Source: an uncultured bacterium
Lineage (GTDB): Bacteria; Oederibacteriota; Oederibacteriia; Oederibacteriales; Oederibacteriaceae
Length of the DNA stretch: 64,000 bases
Reading direction: 5' to 3'
Assembly: GCA_965112635.1 (NCBI GenBank)
Contig: OZ218778.1
Coordinates: 384,001-448,000 of the forward strand
Each line of letters opens with the position of its first letter. Positions within the stretch are counted from its first letter, which is position 1. Both the position numbers and the translations under genes were made by a program. The notes beneath the pieces were generated by a model. That model was not told where the DNA came from and ran no database searches. It worked only from the letters and a program-made list of their open reading frames with translations. Positions 10,826-18,684 of the stretch are shown here, in pieces.

Positions 10826-12726
10826 GACTTTTTAAACACCATTTTCAGCTCCACCACTCCGCCGTCCTTTTTCCTGTGGATATCAAAGCCCATTTTCTCA
10901 AAAAGGTACAGCATGGCCGTGTTGTCCTCAAAAACCTGGGCGGTAAATCCCAAAAGGCCGATCTTTTTGGCTAGTTGGGTGAGGTATTGGAGAAGTTCCG
11001 TGCCTATCCCCTTGTTCTGTAGGTCGTCTTTGACAGCAAAGGAAACCTCAGCCGAGTGGCGCCCCTCCTCGATGCCGTACTGCCCGACCCCCAAGACCAA
11101 TTCCTTGCCTCCTTGCTCGGTCGTAGCGAGGATCACCATTTCCTTGGTGTAGTCGATAATGACGAACTCCTGCAGCCTCTCGTGGTGCATGTCCCTGCGG
11201 ACCGACATGAAACGCCGGTACATGCTCTGGTCCGAAAGGGAGTAGAAAAAATCCTTAAGCAGGGCTTCGTCGCTGATCTTGACCGGCCTCAAAAGGATGG
11301 TCAATCCCTCTTCAGTGGTGCGGTAGGTCTCCAGACTCTCCGGGTATTCTCCCCTTTTACCGGGTATGAAGGCCTGGTCCTTGTAGATCAGTCCGCCGTT
11401 CTTAGCCTCGGTAATGAGCCAGGGCCTGAACTTGGGGTGCGCGATGGCAATGATGTCCATGGCGCGTTCCCTGATGTTCTTGCCGTGCAAATAAGCGATG
11501 CCGTATTCGGTCACCACATAATGGATGTCCCCGCGGGTCAGGGTGGTGCCGGCCCCCTCGGCCAGAAACGGCACGATCCTGGATACTTCTCCATTCTCTG
11601 CCGTGGACTGGATGGCTAGGATGGTTTTCCCGCCTTTGGACAGCACCGCCCCGCGCATAAAATCCGCCTGGCCGCCGATGCCGCTGTAAAATCTTTTTCC
11701 CAGCGATTCGGCCGTGGCCTGGCCTGTCAAATCCAGCTGCAGGGCGCTGTTGATGGCCGCCATATTGTCTATCTGTGCGATGGTCAGTGGGTTATTGGTA
11801 TAATCCACGGTCCTGAACTCAATGCTGGGATTGTCGTTGATGAAGTCATAGGTGCTTTTCTTGCCCATGCAAAAGGTCGCCACGGTCTTGCCCCGGTTGA
11901 TTGTTTTCAGGCTGTTGTCCACCACACCGGCCTGGATCAGCCCGGCAATACCGTCGCTCAAAAGCTCGGTATGCACACCCAGATGTTTCTTGTCTTTGAG
12001 ATTTTCCAAGATGGCGTTGGGCAGGCTGCCGTATCCGACCTGTATGGTATCACCGTCCTCGATGAGCTGGGCCACATAGCTCCCGATCCGCTGGCTGATC
12101 TCTCCGGTCACCGCGTCCCCGTATTCCAGCAAAGGCTCATCGTGGTGTATCAGGTAATCTATATCCTGGATGTTCAAAAAGGTGTTGCCGTGCACCCGGG
12201 GCATGGAACTGTTGATCTGGGCAATGATCACCTCGGCGTTCTCCACGGCGGCCTTGGTGATGTCCACGCTGACTCCCAGGCTCACGTAACCGTGCTCATC
12301 CGGCAACGAAACCTGGATCAGCGCCACGTCCACGGGGATCATTTTACTGGCAAAAAGATCGGGCACCTTGGAAAGGAAAACCGGGGTATAGTCAGCCATC
12401 CCTTTATTTACGGCGTCACGCGTTTCGTTGGCGCTGATGAAAAAAGAGTTATGCCGGAAGTTCTCTTTGAACTTTTCCTGGGCATAGGGTGCCACCCCCA
12501 GGGTCCATACCTGCAGGACCTCAGCGTCAAAAAAAGCTTTGGGGTGACCCTCAACATAACGAATGAGCGCCTGCACCAGGTACTGGGGCTCTCCGCAGGC
12601 TGTTCCCACGAAGATCCTGTCCCCGGCGTGGATATGCTTGAAAATGGCTTCTTCCGGAAGGAATTTATCTTTAAATTTTTCCATGATGCTCTTTAAAACA
12701 TCTTGTGCCACGGCCGCAAATCCCAT
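10822..12726 (-). CDS. acetyl-CoA hydrolase/transferase fused to a C-terminal GNAT domain
   Basis: GVHTELLSDG, SGIGGQADFMRGA, VVTEYG, then a GNAT with QNKGIGT. Confidence 0.9.
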   Translation of the reverse strand: MGFAAVAQDVLKSIMEKFKDKFLPEEAIFKHIHAGDRIFVGTACGEPQYLVQALIRYVEGHPKAFFDAEVLQVWTLGVAPYAQEKFKENFRHNSFFISANETRDAVNKGMADYTPVFLSKVPDLFASKMIPVDVALIQVSLPDEHGYVSLGVSVDITKAAVENAEVIIAQINSSMPRVHGNTFLNIQDIDYLIHHDEPLLEYGDAVTGEISQRIGSYVAQLIEDGDTIQVGYGSLPNAILENLKDKKHLGVHTELLSDGIAGLIQAGVVDNSLKTINRGKTVATFCMGKKSTYDFINDNPSIEFRTVDYTNNPLTIAQIDNMAAINSALQLDLTGQATAESLGKRFYSGIGGQADFMRGAVLSKGGKTILAIQSTAENGEVSRIVPFLAEGAGTTLTRGDIHYVVTEYGIAYLHGKNIRERAMDIIAIAHPKFRPWLITEAKNGGLIYKDQAFIPGKRGEYPESLETYRTTEEGLTILLRPVKISDEALLKDFFYSLSDQSMYRRFMSVRRDMHHERLQEFVIIDYTKEMVILATTEQGGKELVLGVGQYGIEEGRHSAEVSFAVKDDLQNKGIGTELLQYLTQLAKKIGLLGFTAQVFEDNTAMLYLFEKMGFDIHRKKDGGVVELKMVFKKS

Positions 12727-12806
12727 TTAGAAAAGTATTTGGATAAAACAGGTGTGTTTTCCTGAATTGAATATCAATATTATAACATGACTGGCAAAAA
12801 ATTTGG

Positions 12807-13553
12807 TTAAGGGGTTGTTACCGGGGTAGAATTGGCATCTGTTTTTGGTGTTGCCTCGATGGGCAAAGTAAAATATCTCCGATAATAATCCACAACATTG
12901 ATAACGCCTCTATCTATCCAACCGTTTTTATAACTAGTTAAGAAGGTAATCCTCATTCCAGTTTCTGGATTTGATGGGAAAAAATCCTCGTCACTGGTTG
13001 GATATATTTCATCTTTCCAGCCGCTATCATCAAAATCCACTTCACGCCAATTTTTTGGACCCAGTTCATCGTAGTATCGAAGTGGCTCCATCCTATGATT
13101 GGCAATATCATCCCTGGTCAAATACCCCAGTGTGGAATCAGCGCTATTTGTCCATTGCAAAACAATATTTGTTTCAGGGTTATGCAATAGCTTGGTATTA
13201 TCAATCGAATCTTCCTCGTTAGTGAAATATATCTTTTTGTCGTCATCTAGAACCACAGCAAGTAAATATTGCACATCGATAACTGGGCCTTCGGATTCAT
13301 TGTGAGAGTTTTTTAAGGACAAAACATTCTTATCTAGAAAAAATTCTGAAGGAATGCTTTTAGCATAGGTGGTTACAGAATTATAAGAACAGATCAATTT
13401 CATAGCCCGGGCCGTCTGGGTGACCCAGGTATAGACTGGATGTCCATTGAGCCAAGCTTCTCCGTTGTTACCACAAACAACAATCCAGGCATTCTGGATT
13501 TTAGTAGCTCCACAAAAAACTGTGGAAAGTAAAACAAAGCAAAAGATTAACAA
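12807..13553 (-). CDS. secreted lectin/CBM-like hypothetical protein (paralog 2); true start probably the ATG at 13576, out of frame by one base
   Basis: Clear paralog of 13613..14398 (EAWLNGHPV.TWVTQTAR, GPKNW.E.DFDD.GWKD, YYRR..LPIEATPKTD). Confidence 0.75.
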   Translation of the reverse strand: MLIFCFVLLSTVFCGATKIQNAWIVVCGNNGEAWLNGHPVYTWVTQTARAMKLICSYNSVTTYAKSIPSEFFLDKNVLSLKNSHNESEGPVIDVQYLLAVVLDDDKKIYFTNEEDSIDNTKLLHNPETNIVLQWTNSADSTLGYLTRDDIANHRMEPLRYYDELGPKNWREVDFDDSGWKDEIYPTSDEDFFPSNPETGMRITFLTSYKNGWIDRGVINVVDYYRRYFTLPIEATPKTDANSTPVTTP

Positions 13554-13612
13554 ACCGAAATATCCTTTTTATTCATTTCAAAGTTCCCTTCAACAAAATA
13601 GTTTTCCTCAGC

Positions 13613-14398
13613 CTAAGGGGTTGTTATCGGGACAGGATTGGGGTCTGTTTTCGGCGTTGCCTCGATGGGCAAATTTAAAGACCTGCGGTAATAGTCGATG
13701 ACATTGAGAACCCCTTTGTCGATTAAACCATCCTTAAAGCTCGAGACAGCGCCGACACCCATGCTAGTATCCGGGTTGATGATGTTAAGTTGCGGGGGAA
13801 CGACATAAATAGTGTCCTTCCAACCAGTATCATCAAAATCACTTTCTTGCCAATTTTTCGGTCCAAGCTCCTCAAAATCCCGAAAAGGTTCCATCCTTTG
13901 GTTGGTAATATCCTCGTTGGTCAAATAGCCCAAGGTGGCCACTTTTTCGTTCGTCCAGAATAAATTGATGTTGTTGTCGGGTTGATGCAGGAGCTTGGTA
14001 TCGTCTACCGAAGCATCGTCACTGCCAAAATACAATGTTTTGCCGTTATCCAGCACAACACCCATAAAATATTGCAACTGTATATCTCCCGGCGATATGG
14101 TTACATGGCAGAAATTTTTAATACATAAGATATTTTTTTCTGAAAAAAAATCCGGCGAAATACTTTTGGCAGTGGTCGTAACGGGGGTAAGTGGAGGATA
14201 TTCGATCCGGGCTGTTTGGGTGACCCAGGTCCATACCGGATGACCGTTGAGCCAGGCTTCCGCTCCATCTCCAATAAAAAGGATCCAGGCATCCTGAACT
14301 TTAGCCGCCCCACAATTCCCCGCGCAGAGCATGGCCAAGCAAAAGATTACCAACCCGACGTAACTGAGTTTTCCTGCCACAGTACAACGAGCCATCAT
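13613..14398 (-). CDS. secreted lectin/CBM-like hypothetical protein (paralog 1)
   Basis: AAGGAGG RBS before the ATG at 14398, signal peptide, paralog of the downstream gene. Confidence 0.78.
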   Translation of the reverse strand: MMARCTVAGKLSYVGLVIFCLAMLCAGNCGAAKVQDAWILFIGDGAEAWLNGHPVWTWVTQTARIEYPPLTPVTTTAKSISPDFFSEKNILCIKNFCHVTISPGDIQLQYFMGVVLDNGKTLYFGSDDASVDDTKLLHQPDNNINLFWTNEKVATLGYLTNEDITNQRMEPFRDFEELGPKNWQESDFDDTGWKDTIYVVPPQLNIINPDTSMGVGAVSSFKDGLIDKGVLNVIDYYRRSLNLPIEATPKTDPNPVPITTP

Positions 14399-14501
14399 TG
14401 CCCTCCTTGGCCACTTTTGACCATCTTTCAATAATTCTACGCTCTTTCTCCCGCTGGTCAAATTTAGTACAATAGTGGCGTTTAAATCATGAGGAGGGAT
14501 T

Positions 14502-14813
14502 ATGGCTGAAAAGGAATATCAATCAAGGCTGGAAAAAACCGGCCGCAACGACCCTTGCCCCTGCGGTTCAGGGAAGAAATACAAAAAGTGCCACCTGGCT
14601 GAGGATGAGGAAAAAAACCGCCAGGACCGAGCCAAAGCCGATATTGCGGTGAAACCCATCCCCCAGGGTGAAGAAACAGAAAAAGAAGAAGTGCAGAATA
14701 TCCCGCCTGAGGCTGTTCACCATAAAAAAGAAAACCTCCAGCACGGCCCCCAACCCTCCCATGGAGGGGCGGCCCGTCAGGTCAACGCTCCCCGCCGCAC
14801 CGGCGGAGGTTAG
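14502..14813 (+). CDS. SEC-C motif (zinc-binding) protein
   Basis: [28 protein letters not shown]. Confidence 0.88.
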   Translation: MAEKEYQSRLEKTGRNDPCPCGSGKKYKKCHLAEDEEKNRQDRAKADIAVKPIPQGEETEKEEVQNIPPEAVHHKKENLQHGPQPSHGGAARQVNAPRRTGGG

Positions 14814-14839
14814 TCCCCTAGCGGAACAACCAGCTGCCA

Positions 14840-14868
14840 TTGACATTAGAAGTGCGCCCGAGTATGAT
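14840..14868 (+). promoter_or_regulatory. sigma70 promoter of the APC-PII gene
   Basis: TTGACA-17 bp-TATGAT. Confidence 0.8.
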
Positions 14869-14874
14869 TCAGAT

Positions 14875-14952
14875 ATATTCAAAGTTGAATATTGGTGTCA
14901 CTGGCAAAGCAGCCTTGGTTCCGGATCAATGGACCAAGGTTTTTTGTTTTTT
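14875..14952 (+). promoter_or_regulatory. ANTAR-type dual-hairpin antitermination element with overlapping intrinsic terminator
   Basis: P1 ATATTC-AAAGTT-GAATAT, 10-nt linker, P2 GGC-AAAGCA-GCC; both hexaloops have A1/G4. Terminator GCCTTGGTTCC..GGACCAAGGT-TTTTTGTTTTTT overlaps P2. Confidence 0.75.
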
Positions 14953-15041
14953 AGGACAGATACGCTTTCTGCAGCCCTGCCCGACGATGCGGCAGGACTA
15001 ATTTTCAAACGGCGATGCGGTCCGTGATGATCTCCAGACCA

Positions 15042-15094
15042 AGACGACGGCGTCTCTTTGGCTATGCGGCCAAGCAGGCGCCGTTTTTGCTTTT
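15042..15094 (+). terminator. second leader terminator/attenuator upstream of the APC-PII gene
   Basis: ACGGCGTCT..AGGCGCCGT stem followed by TTTTGCTTTT, overlapped by an AGAC-GACGGC-GTCT hexaloop hairpin. Confidence 0.6.
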
Positions 15095-15156
15095 GGCGTC
15101 TAAGTCCCCGGGTTTCTCAAGGGAATGACGGGCCCAATAACTTTAGACGAGGAGAG

Positions 15157-17103
15157 ATGATTATGCCGTTGAAAATAGATAGAACTTTTATAGCTTCCAA
15201 CAAAACAAGCTCCCAAACGGTTGTACCAAAACTGGGCCTGCTAGGGGCCTCCATGAATGCCATGGCCCTGATCGCGCCTGGAGCATTCCTGTGGATCACT
15301 TATCAGATACAGGCCGCGGCCACGCTTCCCAGCGGCATTTCCTGCGCCAACGATATGTGGGGCGGGATCGTAGTAGCCCTGGTTCTGGCTTTCCTGACCG
15401 CTCTGTCTTACGCCGAACTGGCGAGGATCTATCCCGAGGCGGGTTTTGCCAGCTGCGTTTATTTTGCGGAAAAGGCTTTTTTGGATGCCCAAGGAATAAA
15501 GCGCGCGGGATCAGCCTCTCTGGCCCGCATCTCCAAACTGGCCACCGGCTGGGCCGCCCATTTGTTCTACTGGGTCTATCCTGGGGTCATGGTGGCTTTT
15601 ATGGCGACCATGATCGGTTATATCTGGCAGGCTTTTGGCGGCACAGCTTTACCTACATGGGAACTGACCGTGATCGCTGTGGTCTTTGCCTTCGGGGTCG
15701 GCTATATCGCCTACAGGGGCGTGCAGGGTTCCACCGCCACCAATATCTGGGTCAACATCATCCAGTGGGCCGCTTTGGTCATTTTCAGCCTGCTGGCCAT
15801 TGCCTATCGCTTCAATAACCCGGAGCACGCAGCCAGCTGGTCCTTTAGCGGCGCTTTTGACATCGTGAAATTCCATTCCATCCAGGGCGTGCTGGTCCAG
15901 TCCACCATCGCCATCCTCATCCTGGTGGGTTTTGAAAGCTGCACTTCCCTTGCCGCCGAGACTAAAACACCTGAGAAAACACTGCCTAAAGCCATACTGC
16001 TAGCTCTAGGCATCCAGGGTTTGCTCGCTTATTTATTCGAGTATTTCTGCGCCAACCTCGTGGTCAGCGAAAAGCTGACGGGCACCCTCACTATGCCGGC
16101 AGTCGCCGCCACGGCCACAACCCACGCGGTAGTGGCCTCTACCAAAGTCGTCACCGGCCTGGATGCCATGGCTGTTTCCAGCGCACCCATCGGCGATATG
16201 GCCCTGACCATCGGCAACCACCTTTTGGGCGGGCTTGGGTTTGCCCTCATGATCTCCATGGCCGTGACCGTGGCCATCGCCGTCATCGGCACCACTTTGA
16301 GCTGTATCAACACCGCGGTCCGCGTCACCAACGGCATGGCCCAGGACCGGGAACTGCCCCGGCTCCTGCGTTTCATCCATCAGGATAATGCCACGCCGCA
16401 CACGGCCATCTGGGCCCTGGTGGTGGTTTCCTGTATCATTGCCAACATCGGCTTGCAGTCCGTGGTCGGCCTGACCGGCATCACCCTGGCCTCCAACCTT
16501 GGGACCTTCGTGCTCTACGGCCTCGTTTGCATCTGGACCTTCGTGGCTTTCCAAAACCGCCCTGACTTTAATATCCTAAAACACGGGTTGATCCCCTTGG
16601 GTGGTCTCATCCTCAACTTGGTGATGTTCGGAGGAATCATCTATCTCAATGCTGTCGGCACCACGGACAATAAGACCGAGCTGAACATTTGCCTGTACAT
16701 TGCCGGAAGCTGGGCATTGGTGAGCTTTATCTATGTCATCCTGACTACGGTCCATAAGGACTACAGCATGAAAATGATCTCGGCCATCATCCGTCCGGAC
16801 TCTTTGGACGGCCTGGTCAAAGCCCTGAATACTGAAAAACTGGTCCAAGGCATGACCGTGACCGAAGCCAGGGGGTTCGGCCGGCAGTTCGGTTCCAAAA
16901 CCAATGGCTTAGCCTCAGAGATCAAATTCCTGCCCAAGACCAGGGTGGACATCGTGGTCAATGACTGGGATGTACCGCATGTCATGGGTGTCATGCAAAA
17001 AGTCCTGAATACCGGCAATGTCGGGGACGGCAAGATATTCGTCTTTGACGCGGAAGAAACGGTCAGAGTCCGCACCGGAGAATCAGGCATACAGGCCGTT
17101 TAA
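15157..17103 (+). CDS. APC-family amino acid/amine permease fused to a C-terminal PII (GlnB/GlnK) domain
   Basis: About 12 TM helices with YAELA..YP.AG and GFESCTSLAAE motifs. C-terminus MKMISAIIRP..GMTVTE.RGFGRQ..FLPK..TG.VGDGKIFV..RVRTGE. GAGGAG RBS before the ATG at 15157. Confidence 0.9.
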   Translation: MIMPLKIDRTFIASNKTSSQTVVPKLGLLGASMNAMALIAPGAFLWITYQIQAAATLPSGISCANDMWGGIVVALVLAFLTALSYAELARIYPEAGFASCVYFAEKAFLDAQGIKRAGSASLARISKLATGWAAHLFYWVYPGVMVAFMATMIGYIWQAFGGTALPTWELTVIAVVFAFGVGYIAYRGVQGSTATNIWVNIIQWAALVIFSLLAIAYRFNNPEHAASWSFSGAFDIVKFHSIQGVLVQSTIAILILVGFESCTSLAAETKTPEKTLPKAILLALGIQGLLAYLFEYFCANLVVSEKLTGTLTMPAVAATATTHAVVASTKVVTGLDAMAVSSAPIGDMALTIGNHLLGGLGFALMISMAVTVAIAVIGTTLSCINTAVRVTNGMAQDRELPRLLRFIHQDNATPHTAIWALVVVSCIIANIGLQSVVGLTGITLASNLGTFVLYGLVCIWTFVAFQNRPDFNILKHGLIPLGGLILNLVMFGGIIYLNAVGTTDNKTELNICLYIAGSWALVSFIYVILTTVHKDYSMKMISAIIRPDSLDGLVKALNTEKLVQGMTVTEARGFGRQFGSKTNGLASEIKFLPKTRVDIVVNDWDVPHVMGVMQKVLNTGNVGDGKIFVFDAEETVRVRTGESGIQAV

Positions 17104-17129
17104 AACTTTTTAATGGTTTTGCCTGGATC

Positions 17130-17163
17130 TTAACAGCATCTTGATACGCCTTTGCCATATACT
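17130..17163 (+). promoter_or_regulatory. putative KdpE box plus -10 element
   Basis: TTAACAGCATCTTGAT followed 12 nt later by TATACT. Matches the kdp upstream box at 15/16 positions. Confidence 0.6.
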
Positions 17164-17205
17164 CAGTTTGATGAACATCAAACTATCTAAAAAGGAGTAC
17201 TGAAT

Positions 17206-17907
17206 ATGAAAAAACTCGAACAGTTCCTGATCGTTGTTGCTTTATCATTACTGGCCGCCTCAACTCTGACGGCCACACCTTCCACTCAGATTTGGAACCC
17301 TTCTACGGACATCCAGCCTCTAAACACCTTCCACCTGGGTATCGACAACTATTATTCCGTGGCTAACAATGCTAGCAAACCCTATGCGGCACCCACGGAT
17401 ATCGGCCTGACTACCGGAGTACTGATCCCCAACCTGGAGTTCGGTATGGATGCCCTGGAGCCGGCTACAGACCCGATTTTTTTTAACGCCAAGCTCGGCC
17501 TGGCTGAGAACGGTGTCTGGCCTGCACTGGCTATCGGAGCACAGGATTTCGGGACCAACGAGAATAAGACCGGCTACAACATCGGTTACGCTTTGGTGGC
17601 CAAGAACGCGGGGTCTTTGGGCAGGGTGTCTCTCGGGGGCTATTACGGCAACGATCAACTTCTGATGGATGAGAACGGGAACAAAGCCAACACCGGACTC
17701 ATCGCCTCTTGGGACAAGAACATCACGGACAAGGTCTGGCTGTCCGTGGACTACGCTTCGGGCCAAAGTTTTTACGGCGAGTTGAGCTTCGGCGGGTCCT
17801 ATAATTTCTCGGCTAACACCAGCGTCCTATTCGGGTATGTCATCTACAACAACACCACCTTGAACCCGAACAACCAGGTCACTACTCAGCTGGATATCAA
17901 TATTTAA
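17206..17907 (+). CDS. putative outer-membrane beta-barrel protein
   Basis: AAGGAG RBS, signal peptide, Gly/Asn/aromatic-rich alternating strands, C-terminal strand TQLDINI. Confidence 0.7.
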   Translation: MKKLEQFLIVVALSLLAASTLTATPSTQIWNPSTDIQPLNTFHLGIDNYYSVANNASKPYAAPTDIGLTTGVLIPNLEFGMDALEPATDPIFFNAKLGLAENGVWPALAIGAQDFGTNENKTGYNIGYALVAKNAGSLGRVSLGGYYGNDQLLMDENGNKANTGLIASWDKNITDKVWLSVDYASGQSFYGELSFGGSYNFSANTSVLFGYVIYNNTTLNPNNQVTTQLDINI

Positions 17908-17914
17908 CTCGAAT

Positions 17915-17964
17915 GGGGGCATGGGGTTTTTCCACTCCTAGTTTTCACCCCTGTGCCCCCTTTT
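17915..17964 (+). terminator. intrinsic terminator between convergent genes
   Basis: GGGGGCATGGGG..CCCCTGTGCCCCC-TTTT. Confidence 0.65.
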
Positions 17965-17982
17965 CAACAAACTCAACCTTAG

Positions 17983-18684
17983 CTATTCGCTCTTTAACCT
18001 ATATCCGATACCGGGTTCGGTCAGGAGATAACGGGGCCGGCTGGGGTTGGCCTCGATTTTCTGGCGGAGCTGATGGATATAGATGCGCAAATAGTTGCTC
18101 TGCTCTTCCGTGGAGCCGGGCCCCCAAACTTCCTTTAATAGCTGTTTTTGAGTGACCACTTTGCCGGCATATTTGACCAGGATGACCAGCAGGCCGTATT
18201 CATTGGGTGTCAAATGGACCTCATCGTCTTTGAGGTAAACCAGCCTACCCACCAGGTCCACTTTAAGGTCCCCGGTTTCAAAAACCTTTTCCTCGGTCCC
18301 CAGTTTTATCCTCCGGCTGTGCCGCAGGGCCACCCGGATCCGGGCCATGAGCTCTCCCACATGAAAAGGCTTGGTCAGGTAATCGTCGGCTCCGGCATCC
18401 AGCCCCTTTATCTTGTCCTCATCCTTGCCCCGGGCTGTCAGCACAATGACCGGGACAGGGCTTTGCTCCCGCAATTTTTCGATCACTTCCAAGCCGTCCC
18501 TGTCCGGCAGGCCCAGATCCAAAAGGATCAGGTCAGGCTGGCGGGAAAACGCCAGGGAAAGCCCTTCGCTGCCGGACTCCGCTTCCAGCACCGCAAAACC
18601 CTGGGTCTGGAGCGATACTTCTAGGAACCGGCGTATGGGCTTTTCATCTTCAATGATCAGGATCATTTCTTTTTTCTCGGTCAC
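17983..18684 (-). CDS. kdpE: response regulator KdpE
   Basis: Receiver LLDLGLPD, GADDYLTKPF, OmpR wHTH TEPGIGYR; follows kdpD. Confidence 0.95.
   Translation of the reverse strand: MTEKKEMILIIEDEKPIRRFLEVSLQTQGFAVLEAESGSEGLSLAFSRQPDLILLDLGLPDRDGLEVIEKLREQSPVPVIVLTARGKDEDKIKGLDAGADDYLTKPFHVGELMARIRVALRHSRRIKLGTEEKVFETGDLKVDLVGRLVYLKDDEVHLTPNEYGLLVILVKYAGKVVTQKQLLKEVWGPGSTEEQSNYLRIYIHQLRQKIEANPSRPRYLLTEPGIGYRLKSE

Noticed and set aside
14870-15150. c-di-AMP (ydaO) riboswitch / KimA assignment for the APC gene near kdp
   Set aside because: The leader lacks the GCTGAA/GGGGGA/CCCG ydaO motifs, and the PII fusion plus ANTAR-like hairpins point to nitrogen control.
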